Assembly (NCBI GenBank): GCA_964406775.1
Contig: CAYOSW010000001.1
Location: forward strand, 10,474 to 74,473
Direction of reading: 5' to 3'
From: an uncultured Gammaproteobacteria bacterium
Lineage (GTDB): Bacteria; Patescibacteriota; Microgenomatia; Daviesbacterales; UBA10151
Length of the DNA stretch: 64,000 bases
The notes under the pieces were generated by a model, which saw nothing but the letters and a program-made list of their open reading frames with translations, was not told the origin of the DNA and searched no databases. The first letter of the stretch is position 1, and every line of letters starts with the position of its first letter. Both the position numbers and the translations under genes were made by a program. This document shows, piece after piece, positions 56,024-64,000 of the stretch.

Positions 56024-56986
56024 TCACCGTTTAATTATTCTGTCCTGAGTCTTTACCCAATTATTGCCGCCTTCGTGATGGAAGCGCTTAACCCGGGGCG
56101 GCGCGGCATCAACCATTGGTCTGTAGACTGTTGCGAGTTTTAACCCTCTCTCTGCCTGGTGTTCAAAATAATATTTTATCGGTGCTCTGTGACCGTCTCC
56201 TTCCACAGCGGTAATTTTAGGATCAAGTTCGCCTGCATCGGCTAAAGTTGTAAAGATAAGTGAAAAGGCGGCGTTCTGATAGTCCGCCATATCGGCCAAT
56301 GTGACAGTTAACGGGTTCGGATGGCTGATTGAGGCGGATGTCTGAAGCCTCTGACGTTCCTGCTGGTCTCCCAGAGCCAGACTTCCTGCCACTGCTAAAC
56401 CTGCAAGGCCCGCCGCTCCGGCAAAAAATGTTCTTCGGCTGAATCCTTTTTGTCTGATGGCCTGTTCTCCCGCAGAATAAAGAGTTTTTACTCCCTGAAT
56501 TGCAGGTACTGCCTCAAGTCCGATGAATCTGACGATCGGGTAGGCGAACCCCAGCTTGCTCAGTTTATCTGTTGATTCTGCCTCATCAGGCGAAATACTG
56601 TAAGGATTCATAACTAAAATATCTTTGCCTAATTCTCCGGCAATTTGCTCAAGGGAGGCAAAAAAATCGATATCTTCCCGAAGCTCCTCAAGTCTTCGTC
56701 TGATTTGATCCGGAGACGTTCCTGAAATTTCGTGCTGAGCCTGGATTATTGCTTCGGAAATACTGCCGTCGGGTGTCAGAAACCCTTCAGCCCTCGGAGC
56801 AAATTCCAAAAGTACCGCACCGCTTTGACTGAACTGATCTCTGAACTCCTGTTCGTGAGCCCGGAAAGTAGGCATCCGGTGCTGTACGCCCATAAATTCC
56901 AGAGAAACGCCTTTATATCCCCAGGATTCCCGGGCTAGATACGGTTCATTCTCTTTTAAAGGCTGTTCTTTAGATCCTTCAGACAC
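56024..56986 (-). CDS. Hypothetical protein, possible TraB/GumN (Tiki-like) fold with internal RR-TM segment
   Basis: GVQH..VLLE near the N-terminus, GDGH near the C-terminus; internal SRRTFFAGAAGLAGLAVAG. Confidence 0.6.
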   Translation of the reverse strand: MSEGSKEQPLKENEPYLARESWGYKGVSLEFMGVQHRMPTFRAHEQEFRDQFSQSGAVLLEFAPRAEGFLTPDGSISEAIIQAQHEISGTSPDQIRRRLEELREDIDFFASLEQIAGELGKDILVMNPYSISPDEAESTDKLSKLGFAYPIVRFIGLEAVPAIQGVKTLYSAGEQAIRQKGFSRRTFFAGAAGLAGLAVAGSLALGDQQERQRLQTSASISHPNPLTVTLADMADYQNAAFSLIFTTLADAGELDPKITAVEGDGHRAPIKYYFEHQAERGLKLATVYRPMVDAAPPRVKRFHHEGGNNWVKTQDRIIKR

Positions 56987-57049
56987 AGAATAATTATATC
57001 AAGATGAAGTCCTTAAGTATTAACAGAAACGAGCAGTAATCGAAAATTT

Positions 57050-57493
57050 TTATCCTAAAACTTTTTGCTCTTTTAAGATTTGAATAATTTTTCCCCGTGT
57101 GCCGAGAATCCGGCCGATCATAATTCCGGCCAATACAGCAAAACCTGCAGTGCTTACCTGAATATCGTGTGTAAAATATCCGACGATGCGTTCCCGGAAC
57201 AGCTCAAATAAGATATACAAACCAAGAACTACGCCTCCGAAGATATCGAGACGGCTCACAACTTTTTTAGCATCCTTATCCCAGGAGGTATGAAACATCC
57301 TCGAAGTTATTATTCCTAAAATAATTCCTGCAATCAGACCGGATATGCCGTATTCCAGTCTTAAAGCACCCCTCAAAACATTGTAAATAAGAATACAGAA
57401 AAGAACGGAAGAAATTATAAAATACAACCGGAGTCTGAAACGCAGCCTTTTATCTATGTGATGAGAATGGTTCCGGATGGATTGAGGCTTCAC
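57050..57493 (-). CDS. Four-TM membrane protein
   Basis: Hydrophobic helices; WD...KVVSRLD motif. Confidence 0.7.
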   Translation of the reverse strand: MKPQSIRNHSHHIDKRLRFRLRLYFIISSVLFCILIYNVLRGALRLEYGISGLIAGIILGIITSRMFHTSWDKDAKKVVSRLDIFGGVVLGLYILFELFRERIVGYFTHDIQVSTAGFAVLAGIMIGRILGTRGKIIQILKEQKVLG

Positions 57494-57612
57494 TGATTAC
57501 AGTTTAACAGAATCCGAAAAAAGAAAATTAAATTAAAAACCTTATCAATAATATTATCCATCAGGGACAATACGCACTTTTGATACGCAAAAGCCTAACC
57601 CTGAAACACGAG

Positions 57613-57684
57613 TGAACCGGGTGGGATTCGAACCCACGGCCTTATCCTTAAGAGGGATTTGCTCTACCACTGAGCTACCGGTCC
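57613..57684 (-). tRNA. tRNA-Lys (CTT), CCA not encoded
   Basis: Acceptor GGACCGG/CCGGTTC, D-arm GCTCAGTGGTAGAGC, anticodon loop CTCTTAA, T-loop TTCGAAT. Confidence 0.95.
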
Positions 57685-57727
57685 TCAAAACCGATAAATT
57701 ATAACCAATTTATGAAGAAATTTCGAA

Positions 57728-57964
57728 TCAGTCCAGTCCCCGGCGTTTTTTCTCGGCTGACATAACCTGGTCGGCAATGTTTAATTCCTGCGGATGCTCG
57801 CCGTCATCTCCTTTATATAATCCCATCTCGTGCGCATTTTCCAACATATCATCATCAGATTCTAAATCCGGAACACTGCCGCTGATTGCTCCTTCTCCAG
57901 CCTGAGCGGGCGTAACTGACTCCTGATGTTTTTTATCATCACCTAAGTGAGTGTTTTTGGCCAT
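57728..57964 (-). CDS. Small acidic hypothetical protein
   Basis: SD GGAGGTGA 6 nt before the ATG. Confidence 0.75.
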   Translation of the reverse strand: MAKNTHLGDDKKHQESVTPAQAGEGAISGSVPDLESDDDMLENAHEMGLYKGDDGEHPQELNIADQVMSAEKKRRGLD

Positions 57965-58040
57965 TAATTATCACCTCCTGCGTTTTGAGTTTAGTATAAA
58001 GACGGAAATAATACCATTATGACAGTGTTAATATTTATAT

Positions 58041-58694
58041 ATGGGAGAAGGAATAGGCGAGAAATTACCTGGCTGGATAAGAGAGGCGGATGTAGTGGAA
58101 TTTCCGGATGTTAATTCTGCGGTTGTTTCAAAAACTGTTTTGCCGGGGATAGGAAGTATGGTTGTTACCGATTCCGGACTGGAGATGCTTGGGGATTATC
58201 TTCAAAGTCCGGAAAAGTTCGTGCGGTTTTTGGATCACTCGGCTCACGATACGCGCGCCTTTAGGGGGATCGGGAATTTAAGGGAAGTCGGCGACTCGAT
58301 GCTTTTAAAGTTTGATGTAGCCAAAGAGCCGATCGAAACAGTTTTAACCCACCAAATGATTGATGCCCTTGTACCGAGGGAAACGGAAGACTATGTTTAC
58401 GATCCTGTCAGGTATCATCTGGGAGTGAATCTTCCCGGGCTTTATATAATTTTAATGGACAGAGTCCAGGCCCGTCCGATAATGAGCCAAGACCAAAGCA
58501 GGAGCGTCTATACCGCCTGGAAAAGATTCAGTGCTGAAGCCGCCTCGCACGGTATCAGAATTATCGGAACAATGGGGGATGTTCTGCACCGCGATATGGT
58601 GGACAGAAACGGTGTTTTAGTACCGAAGATTGCAATTGTGGATCAAGTCGTTCCCGGTATCCACGCGGATTTGGCTAAAGCGAAAAAAAGATAG
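58041..58694 (+). CDS. Hypothetical protein, possible atypical kinase-like fold
   Basis: LLK, ILMDRV, HRD and AIVDQ in kinase-like order. Confidence 0.6.
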   Translation: MGEGIGEKLPGWIREADVVEFPDVNSAVVSKTVLPGIGSMVVTDSGLEMLGDYLQSPEKFVRFLDHSAHDTRAFRGIGNLREVGDSMLLKFDVAKEPIETVLTHQMIDALVPRETEDYVYDPVRYHLGVNLPGLYIILMDRVQARPIMSQDQSRSVYTAWKRFSAEAASHGIRIIGTMGDVLHRDMVDRNGVLVPKIAIVDQVVPGIHADLAKAKKR

Positions 58695-58709
58695 CGCCCC
58701 CGGAGAGAT
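58694..58709 (-). repeat. 16-bp duplicate of the tRNA-Arg 3' end (att-like direct repeat)
   Basis: GCGCCCCCGGAGAGAT at 58694-58709 and 58812-58827. Confidence 0.85.
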
Positions 58710-58812
58710 AACACGCCCTCTCCTTCGGAGAGCCGAACAAGATCAAAGATCTATCCGAATCTCACATCAGGGTTAAACTTTAAATATGCAAAAATGCATA
58801 TCTTAAAGTTTG

Positions 58813-58886
58813 CGCCCCCGGAGAGATTCGAACTCCCGTCCTCTTCGTCCGAAGCGAAGCGCTCTAATCCACTGGGCTACGGGGGC
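58813..58886 (-). tRNA. tRNA-Arg (TCG), CCA not encoded
   Basis: Acceptor GCCCCCG/CGGGGGC, anticodon arm CTTCG-CTTCGGA-CGAAG, T-loop TTCGAAT. Confidence 0.95.
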
Positions 58887-58897
58887 GTAACCGTATT

Positions 58898-59230
58898 TTA
58901 ACAAATCTGAAGCTCTGTATTTGATTTCAGTTTAAATTTGGTGATTGAACCTTGCTCCAGCTCTATTACAAAGTTATACCGAAAGTCCCAGAAGAAAAAT
59001 CTGTTTGGTTTCAAAAACTGCTTTGCCTCAACTATTTTATATTCTTTATTCAGAATAAGTACGTCAATCGGCTTTTTCAGAAAAAAAGTATGAATTCCGA
59101 AGCGGGTTTTGAATAATAAATTCCTCGGATTTGATTTTAAAAGAAGACCGAAAAGTCTGTCTTTTAAAGATTGGGCAAATTTTAAATCCCTGCAAATTAT
59201 CTTACGGGTCTTCCTGATTTTAAGTATCAT
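58898..59230 (-). CDS. DUF192 family protein (short form)
   Basis: RLFGLL, GIHTFFLKKPIDV, VIEL. Confidence 0.8.
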   Translation of the reverse strand: MILKIRKTRKIICRDLKFAQSLKDRLFGLLLKSNPRNLLFKTRFGIHTFFLKKPIDVLILNKEYKIVEAKQFLKPNRFFFWDFRYNFVIELEQGSITKFKLKSNTELQIC

Positions 59231-59286
59231 AGCTTCAAATATACCACTTGCGTGCATAAGTGTCTGATGCTATTATGCTTCAAGTT

Positions 59287-60021
59287 ATGGCTACGGCTAA
59301 GAATAAAAAAGCAACTGTTAAGAAAACCGAATCAAAAGTTTCGGCTCCTAAAAAGACAACCCGCAAAAATTCTCAAACAGAATCCGTGATGTCGGAAATT
59401 AAATTACCCGGCGATTTCAATCCCTCTAAAATGTTAACCCGCAAATATTTATACATTGTAGCAGTAGTTTTGGCAGCGATCGGAATTCTTTTTGCCCTCT
59501 CGAAGTTTTGGGTTATTGCCTGGGTTGATAATAAACCGGTAACTAAATTTGCGCTTTACTCAATGCTGGAGAAAAGAGATGCGGGCAAGACGACAGAAGA
59601 ACTGATTACCGAGACTTTGGTTAATTCGGAGGCTGGGAAAAGAAGACAGGCTGTTGCGGACGCCGAAGTTGAAGCGGAAATTAAGAAAATAGAAGATCAG
59701 CAGGGCGGAGCGGAGCAGTTAAATCAAATTCTATCTATCAGGGGATTAACCCGTGAGGATTTCCAAAAATTGGTAAGGCAGCAGCTTTTGATCCAAAAAA
59801 TGTTCGGTGAAGGAATTAATATCACTGATCAGGATGTTGAGAAATATATCGAAGCAAACAAAGAATCTATTTCTCCTGAGGTATTAAATAATCCGGAAAG
59901 TTCCGAAGCCGCTAAATTGCGCGAAGGAGTTAAAGAGCAATTAAAATGGGATCAAGTAAATGCCAGCTATAAAAAATGGTTAGATGAGAACTTAACCGGC
60001 TCCAGAGTTTCCCGCAATTGA
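59287..60021 (+). CDS. SurA N-terminal/PrsA-like foldase
   Basis: TM anchor; AWVDNKPVT, EELITETLV, ITDQDVEKY. Confidence 0.75.
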   Translation: MATAKNKKATVKKTESKVSAPKKTTRKNSQTESVMSEIKLPGDFNPSKMLTRKYLYIVAVVLAAIGILFALSKFWVIAWVDNKPVTKFALYSMLEKRDAGKTTEELITETLVNSEAGKRRQAVADAEVEAEIKKIEDQQGGAEQLNQILSIRGLTREDFQKLVRQQLLIQKMFGEGINITDQDVEKYIEANKESISPEVLNNPESSEAAKLREGVKEQLKWDQVNASYKKWLDENLTGSRVSRN

Positions 60022-60669
60022 TTTCCGCGGAACGGTAATTCCCGCCAGTATTCCGAAAGATACTCCGACTAAAAATCCGCCAATAACGTCTGACGTCCAA
60101 TGTTCTCCGAGAGATATTCTCGATACGGTCATTACGGCTAAAATTCCGAGAAGAACAGGTATAAAAATCAGTTGAGTTTTGTTGCTCTTTCTGAATAATA
60201 AATAGCAGATAAAAAAAGTTATTAAAAATGCACTTCTGGTTTCGTGTCCCGAAGGGTAAGAAAAATCGGTCTGAGTAAAGTGAAGTGGGAAGTCGACCTC
60301 AAGTTCTCCGCGGTAAAATAAAAATGGAGGGGCGGGGTGATGAACAAAAAGCTTTCCAAAAACTTCCATAGCCAATGCTAATGGGAGCAGAAATAATGAA
60401 GCGGCGGCCTTCCAGAATTTTTTAACAGCCATAATTATCAGGGTAAAAAACCAGATAATTCCGGTTATCTCGGCTGACCCTAAAACGGAAAAGAAAGAAA
60501 ACGGCAGATCAAGTCTTGCCGGAATTTTATTCTGCAGCTTAACTGTGGTATCAAAATCAAGTTTGGTAAAAGTTTCTTTAGCTACTAAATAAGAAAAAAG
60601 CATAAAAGCTAAAAACAACAGGGATGCGGAGATAAACAACAGCTTCTTATTTACAATTTTATTTTTCAT
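59992..60669 (-). CDS. PAP2 family phosphatase
   Basis: K-x6-PP, SYPSGH, SRISLGEHWTSDV. Confidence 0.9.
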   Translation of the reverse strand: MKNKIVNKKLLFISASLLFLAFMLFSYLVAKETFTKLDFDTTVKLQNKIPARLDLPFSFFSVLGSAEITGIIWFFTLIIMAVKKFWKAAASLFLLPLALAMEVFGKLFVHHPAPPFLFYRGELEVDFPLHFTQTDFSYPSGHETRSAFLITFFICYLLFRKSNKTQLIFIPVLLGILAVMTVSRISLGEHWTSDVIGGFLVGVSFGILAGITVPRKSIAGNSGAG

Positions 60670-61163
60670 TTTATTAACAGGTAGAGCGCAAGAACGAATA
60701 GTAAAACTTGCCAGAAATCCCGAACGGTGAAGAGCAGAGCCTTTTTACCCTGACCGTGCCAATGGGTGGACATATGAAAATTAAATTCAGCTGTCAAAAT
60801 TTTAGGTCTCGGTATCATCCTGAAATTCCTGAGTCCCGCTAGGACATCCGGAAGCTGTGATCCGCCGACTCCGAAAAGAAGATAAAGAATTTCCAGCGGG
60901 CTTTTACCCAAGTAATAAGCCATACCTGTAAAAAATAAGAAGGGTAAAAACAGATCAAAAAGTATTACCCAAATAATGAATTTGCGGTAGCCGACATCGC
61001 CTCTGAAAAAATGTCCGTGGGGAATAAAATCGAAGAAATAGTGAGACGCCAAACCGGCAAGGCCGGTAAGGATAAGTCCTGTTGCCGGGTTCCCCGCGCC
61101 CAGATTCTGATATGCGAGGGTGCCGATTATGATTCCGACAGAAGTATGAGCGAAAGCCACCAC
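60666..61163 (-). CDS. Membrane protein, metal-dependent hydrolase-like
   Basis: H near the N-terminus, SHYFFDFIPH, LPD, H-x3-HW. Confidence 0.65.
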   Translation of the reverse strand: MVAFAHTSVGIIIGTLAYQNLGAGNPATGLILTGLAGLASHYFFDFIPHGHFFRGDVGYRKFIIWVILFDLFLPFLFFTGMAYYLGKSPLEILYLLFGVGGSQLPDVLAGLRNFRMIPRPKILTAEFNFHMSTHWHGQGKKALLFTVRDFWQVLLFVLALYLLIK

Positions 61164-61208
61164 AGTTCCTCAGTATAGCAAAATTTTACAGGGAAGAGTA
61201 ACCTCAAG

Positions 61209-62000
61209 CTACCTATTTCTCTCGTTTTTAACAAAAAGGTAAGTTCCGATTGAGATCATAACAGTAAATAATATAACGATAATAAGAAAGTCGATCCAAG
61301 GTGGATATAAAACTACGTGATCGTAATCAGGATGACCCCAATAATAGAGCCCCCGGAAAAAATCTACGGCATAAGTCATCGGGGCAAGTCTGGAAAGTAC
61401 CAGAATCGGTAAGGGGAGCTCCTTAATCGGATTAAATACTCCGGCCAGAAAAAACTGCGGGAAAATTACGAAAGGGAAAAGCTGATTAGCGCTTCTCTGA
61501 TTGCCGAATGCCGCCATAACCAAAACACCGAAAGCTCCACCCAGAAGGCAGGCGGTTAAAATTGCCGGGACCGCCAGTAAAAGCTGATAGAAAGTTATAT
61601 CGATCGGGAGAAAGAGCGAAATAAACAATCCGAATAAAATAACTCCCGTTGCCTGTACTAGCGAAACAGCCGACTCGCCGACTATTTTACCGACGATAAT
61701 TGAATATCTGGAAATAGGTGAGACAAACATTTCCTGCGAAAAATCGTTTTCCCTGTCCTGGATGAGTGAGATAATACCCGAAGCCGTTGATTGGAATAAG
61801 GTTTGGGCAAAAACTCCCGTAAAGGTAAAAGTTAAATAGTTGAATGCAATAAATCTTCCGATATTGGATTGCAGACTTGTACCGAGCGCACCGATAAATA
61901 TAATTGGGAAAACAAAAGAAATAATCAGTCTGAACCGGTCTCGCAGAAGTTTTGTAAAATCTCTTAAAGCGATAGTAAGTATTGCATTAACCTCTTTCAT
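61209..62000 (-). CDS. ABC-2 exporter permease (DrrB-like)
   Basis: Six TMs; DRE..EMFVSPISR; PMTYAVD. Confidence 0.9.
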   Translation of the reverse strand: MKEVNAILTIALRDFTKLLRDRFRLIISFVFPIIFIGALGTSLQSNIGRFIAFNYLTFTFTGVFAQTLFQSTASGIISLIQDRENDFSQEMFVSPISRYSIIVGKIVGESAVSLVQATGVILFGLFISLFLPIDITFYQLLLAVPAILTACLLGGAFGVLVMAAFGNQRSANQLFPFVIFPQFFLAGVFNPIKELPLPILVLSRLAPMTYAVDFFRGLYYWGHPDYDHVVLYPPWIDFLIIVILFTVMISIGTYLFVKNERNR

Positions 62001-62947
62001 TTCGTGACTCCCTGCCGAGTATCTCCGATTATCTCAAGATAAGCTTCTTCAAGACTAGGAGTATGGGTTCTAATTTGAGAAAGAGGTGCTTTTAATTCCT
62101 TAATAAATTTTTGAATGTCCTTATTCTTAACATAAATTTTAAATTCGCCGTTCTGGTTAAATTTAATTTTCTTTTTTGTCAGTTCGGCAGATAATGCGTT
62201 TCTCTCCGGAGTTTGGACGATCAGATAATCTTCTATCAGACTACGCTTAATATATTCAGGAGTGCCTTCCTTTACAATTTTACCGTGATTGATTATGCAG
62301 ATATGATCGGTTTCTTCGGCTTCATCGAGGTAATGAGTAGTCAGGAAAACTGTAGTCTTTTCTTCGCGCATAATCTGTTTTAGATATTGCCACAAGTTTT
62401 TCCGGGCCTCGGGATCAAGTCCGATCGTCGGTTCGTCTAAAAATAATACTTTCGGTTTATGCATCAGCGATCTGATTATCTCGAGTTTTCTCTTCATTCC
62501 TCCCGAGAATTTTTTTACGGGTTTGTACATCTCCTTATGTAAATCCAGCACCTCTGCCAACTCGTTAAGCCTTCTTTTGTATGATTCAGGCATAAGGGAA
62601 TAGAGAGGACGGAAAGGATAAAGTCCGTAAAGAATTGCGTGAAAGCGGATATTTTCTTCGGCGGTTAAATTTAAATCGAGAGACGGATTTTGGAAAATAA
62701 TTCCGACATTTCTACGTACTTTTGAAGACTCCTTTTCGGTATCGTAGCCGGCAATTTTAACTTCACCCGAGGTTTTTGTAAGAGTTGTCGTTAGTATGGA
62801 AATCGTTGTAGTTTTACCCGCGCCGTTTGGGCCGAGGAACGCAAAAAATTCACCTTCTTTAACCTCAAACGAAACTCCGTCAACCGCGTTTACGGAAGAT
62901 TTTTTATATCTCTTAATTAAGTTTTCTACTTTAATAATTGTGCTCAT
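61997..62947 (-). CDS. ABC exporter ATP-binding protein (DrrA-like)
   Basis: GPNGAGKTT, FSGGMKR, LFLDEPT, TTHY. Confidence 0.93.
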   Translation of the reverse strand: MSTIIKVENLIKRYKKSSVNAVDGVSFEVKEGEFFAFLGPNGAGKTTTISILTTTLTKTSGEVKIAGYDTEKESSKVRRNVGIIFQNPSLDLNLTAEENIRFHAILYGLYPFRPLYSLMPESYKRRLNELAEVLDLHKEMYKPVKKFSGGMKRKLEIIRSLMHKPKVLFLDEPTIGLDPEARKNLWQYLKQIMREEKTTVFLTTHYLDEAEETDHICIINHGKIVKEGTPEYIKRSLIEDYLIVQTPERNALSAELTKKKIKFNQNGEFKIYVKNKDIQKFIKELKAPLSQIRTHTPSLEEAYLEIIGDTRQGVTK

Positions 62948-63009
62948 ATAATGTACCAAACTGAAGCCTAATAATAGATGAAATATCCTGATTAGTATAT
63001 TATGGAATT

Positions 63010-64000
63010 ATGGAGTCCGAATCCAGACCTCAAATAATCGTCCCTAAAACCCCCGATCAAATTAGGCAGCAAACGAGATTGCTTAGACTCCAGCCTTATG
63101 TACAGCTCTATAAGCCCGGTCCTCCTCAGGAATTTCTCGATGATCCCGCCACTTTCCGGCTGGGATTAGCTGATTACAGAGCATCGGTTAATAGCTGGGA
63201 GAAAAAGCATGGTAAAAGTATCCCACCCCCTCCCGACAGTATGGATGAGAAATACCGCAGTTACGAAAAATATCTTAAGGCATTCAGAAGAATCCGCAAG
63301 GAGCAGTCGGGTCATATTAAAGCAGCTGTCTGGACCAGGCCTGAGGGTGCATCAATAGGGCAAGCATATTTTGAGGCTGCAAGATACAGCCCTGACATCG
63401 GAAAGAATGTCCTCCAAAGGGTCAGCAAATCAACCGGCCGAGATCAGCCGGAATTATTTACACAGGAAGAGATTACCGCCGCCTCTGCAACGGAGGGAGG
63501 ATTTTATGCCCTGGTGGATAAAGCTTTAGCCCAAAAACCGGACATCGTCTTCAGTGCGTTTGATCAATTAAAACACGTTTTGACTAAAGAAAAATTAAAA
63601 GAAGTCGTTTTAAAAGCGGGTGCTCATTCAGGAGTCTTAGATCACTATAAGGAGCTTAAGCCTCTTTTCAGTCCCGAACAACAAAAAGCATTACTGGTTC
63701 CTTTAGTACAGGAAGGTAGGTATGGGTATTCTGTTGTCAGAGTCCTTCAGGACCCTGAAACAGCCGCATTATTTTCTCCCGCTGAGATGAAGTTTGTGCT
63801 TATAACCGCTTTTACGGCCAATGCCGATCTTCTCCGGATGCCCCAGCAAATTCAGGGCTATCTGGATAAGGGTGTGTTAACGCCTGATGATGTTCAGACA
63901 ATCGTCATAGCAAGGGTCACGGGATTTGAGATGTTAACGGAGATTGAAAAAATTCTGCCGATGCTTCCCAATCCCCAAAGTTTGGAAGCCGTAAAAAGAG
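63010..64000 (+). CDS. Hypothetical protein, 3'-truncated by the window edge
   Basis: ATG 63010 (MESESRPQIIVPKTPDQ..); frame appears open to the window end. Confidence 0.7.
   Translation, partial: MESESRPQIIVPKTPDQIRQQTRLLRLQPYVQLYKPGPPQEFLDDPATFRLGLADYRASVNSWEKKHGKSIPPPPDSMDEKYRSYEKYLKAFRRIRKEQSGHIKAAVWTRPEGASIGQAYFEAARYSPDIGKNVLQRVSKSTGRDQPELFTQEEITAASATEGGFYALVDKALAQKPDIVFSAFDQLKHVLTKEKLKEVVLKAGAHSGVLDHYKELKPLFSPEQQKALLVPLVQEGRYGYSVVRVLQDPETAALFSPAEMKFVLITAFTANADLLRMPQQIQGYLDKGVLTPDDVQTIVIARVTGFEMLTEIEKILPMLPNPQSLEAVKR

Noticed and set aside
1-64000. CRISPR array or cas genes
   Set aside because: No regularly spaced direct repeats or Cas-like ORFs seen. GCTAAAAC/GTTTTAGC at 7466-7515 is a single inverted pair, not an array.
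1-64000. Alternative genetic code (UGA recoding)
   Set aside because: Conserved genes such as uvrA, uvrB and dapL end at TGA at the expected lengths, and no conserved gene appears split by TGA.

Overview
64 kb of a bacterial chromosome using the standard genetic code. Gene content and style (small, mostly SD-less genes with a -10 box about 6-8 nt before the start codon; DUF192, DUF5667, CvpA-CAP and YvlD-SecG-SBP5 blocks) suggest a CPR/Patescibacteria (Microgenomates-like) genome; this taxonomy is inference. Positions 1-7140 are the right end of an AT-rich integrative element inserted at the 3' end of tRNA-Glu. It carries an FnIII/LysM surface protein, a gene preceded by large hairpins, a Replic_Relax relaxase, a VirD4/TraG-like coupling ATPase and a large serine recombinase whose ORF runs antisense into the tRNA. 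The chromosomal part has metabolism unexpected for such a host: a cytochrome P450, a lone glutamate synthase large subunit, a lysC-dapB-dapA-asd-dapL-lysA operon behind a long structured leader with a terminator, and a divergent MshC-like cysteine ligase / PIG-L deacetylase pair suggestive of mycothiol-like thiol synthesis. It also has lexA, uvrA, uvrB and uvrC (a candidate SOS box is shared by lexA, uvrB and partly uvrA), a two-component pair, typA, secG, rsmI, an orphan DNA methyltransferase, an ABC exporter, tRNA-Lys and tRNA-Arg, and several unexplained structured intergenic elements. All calls come from motif reading by eye; no searches were run.
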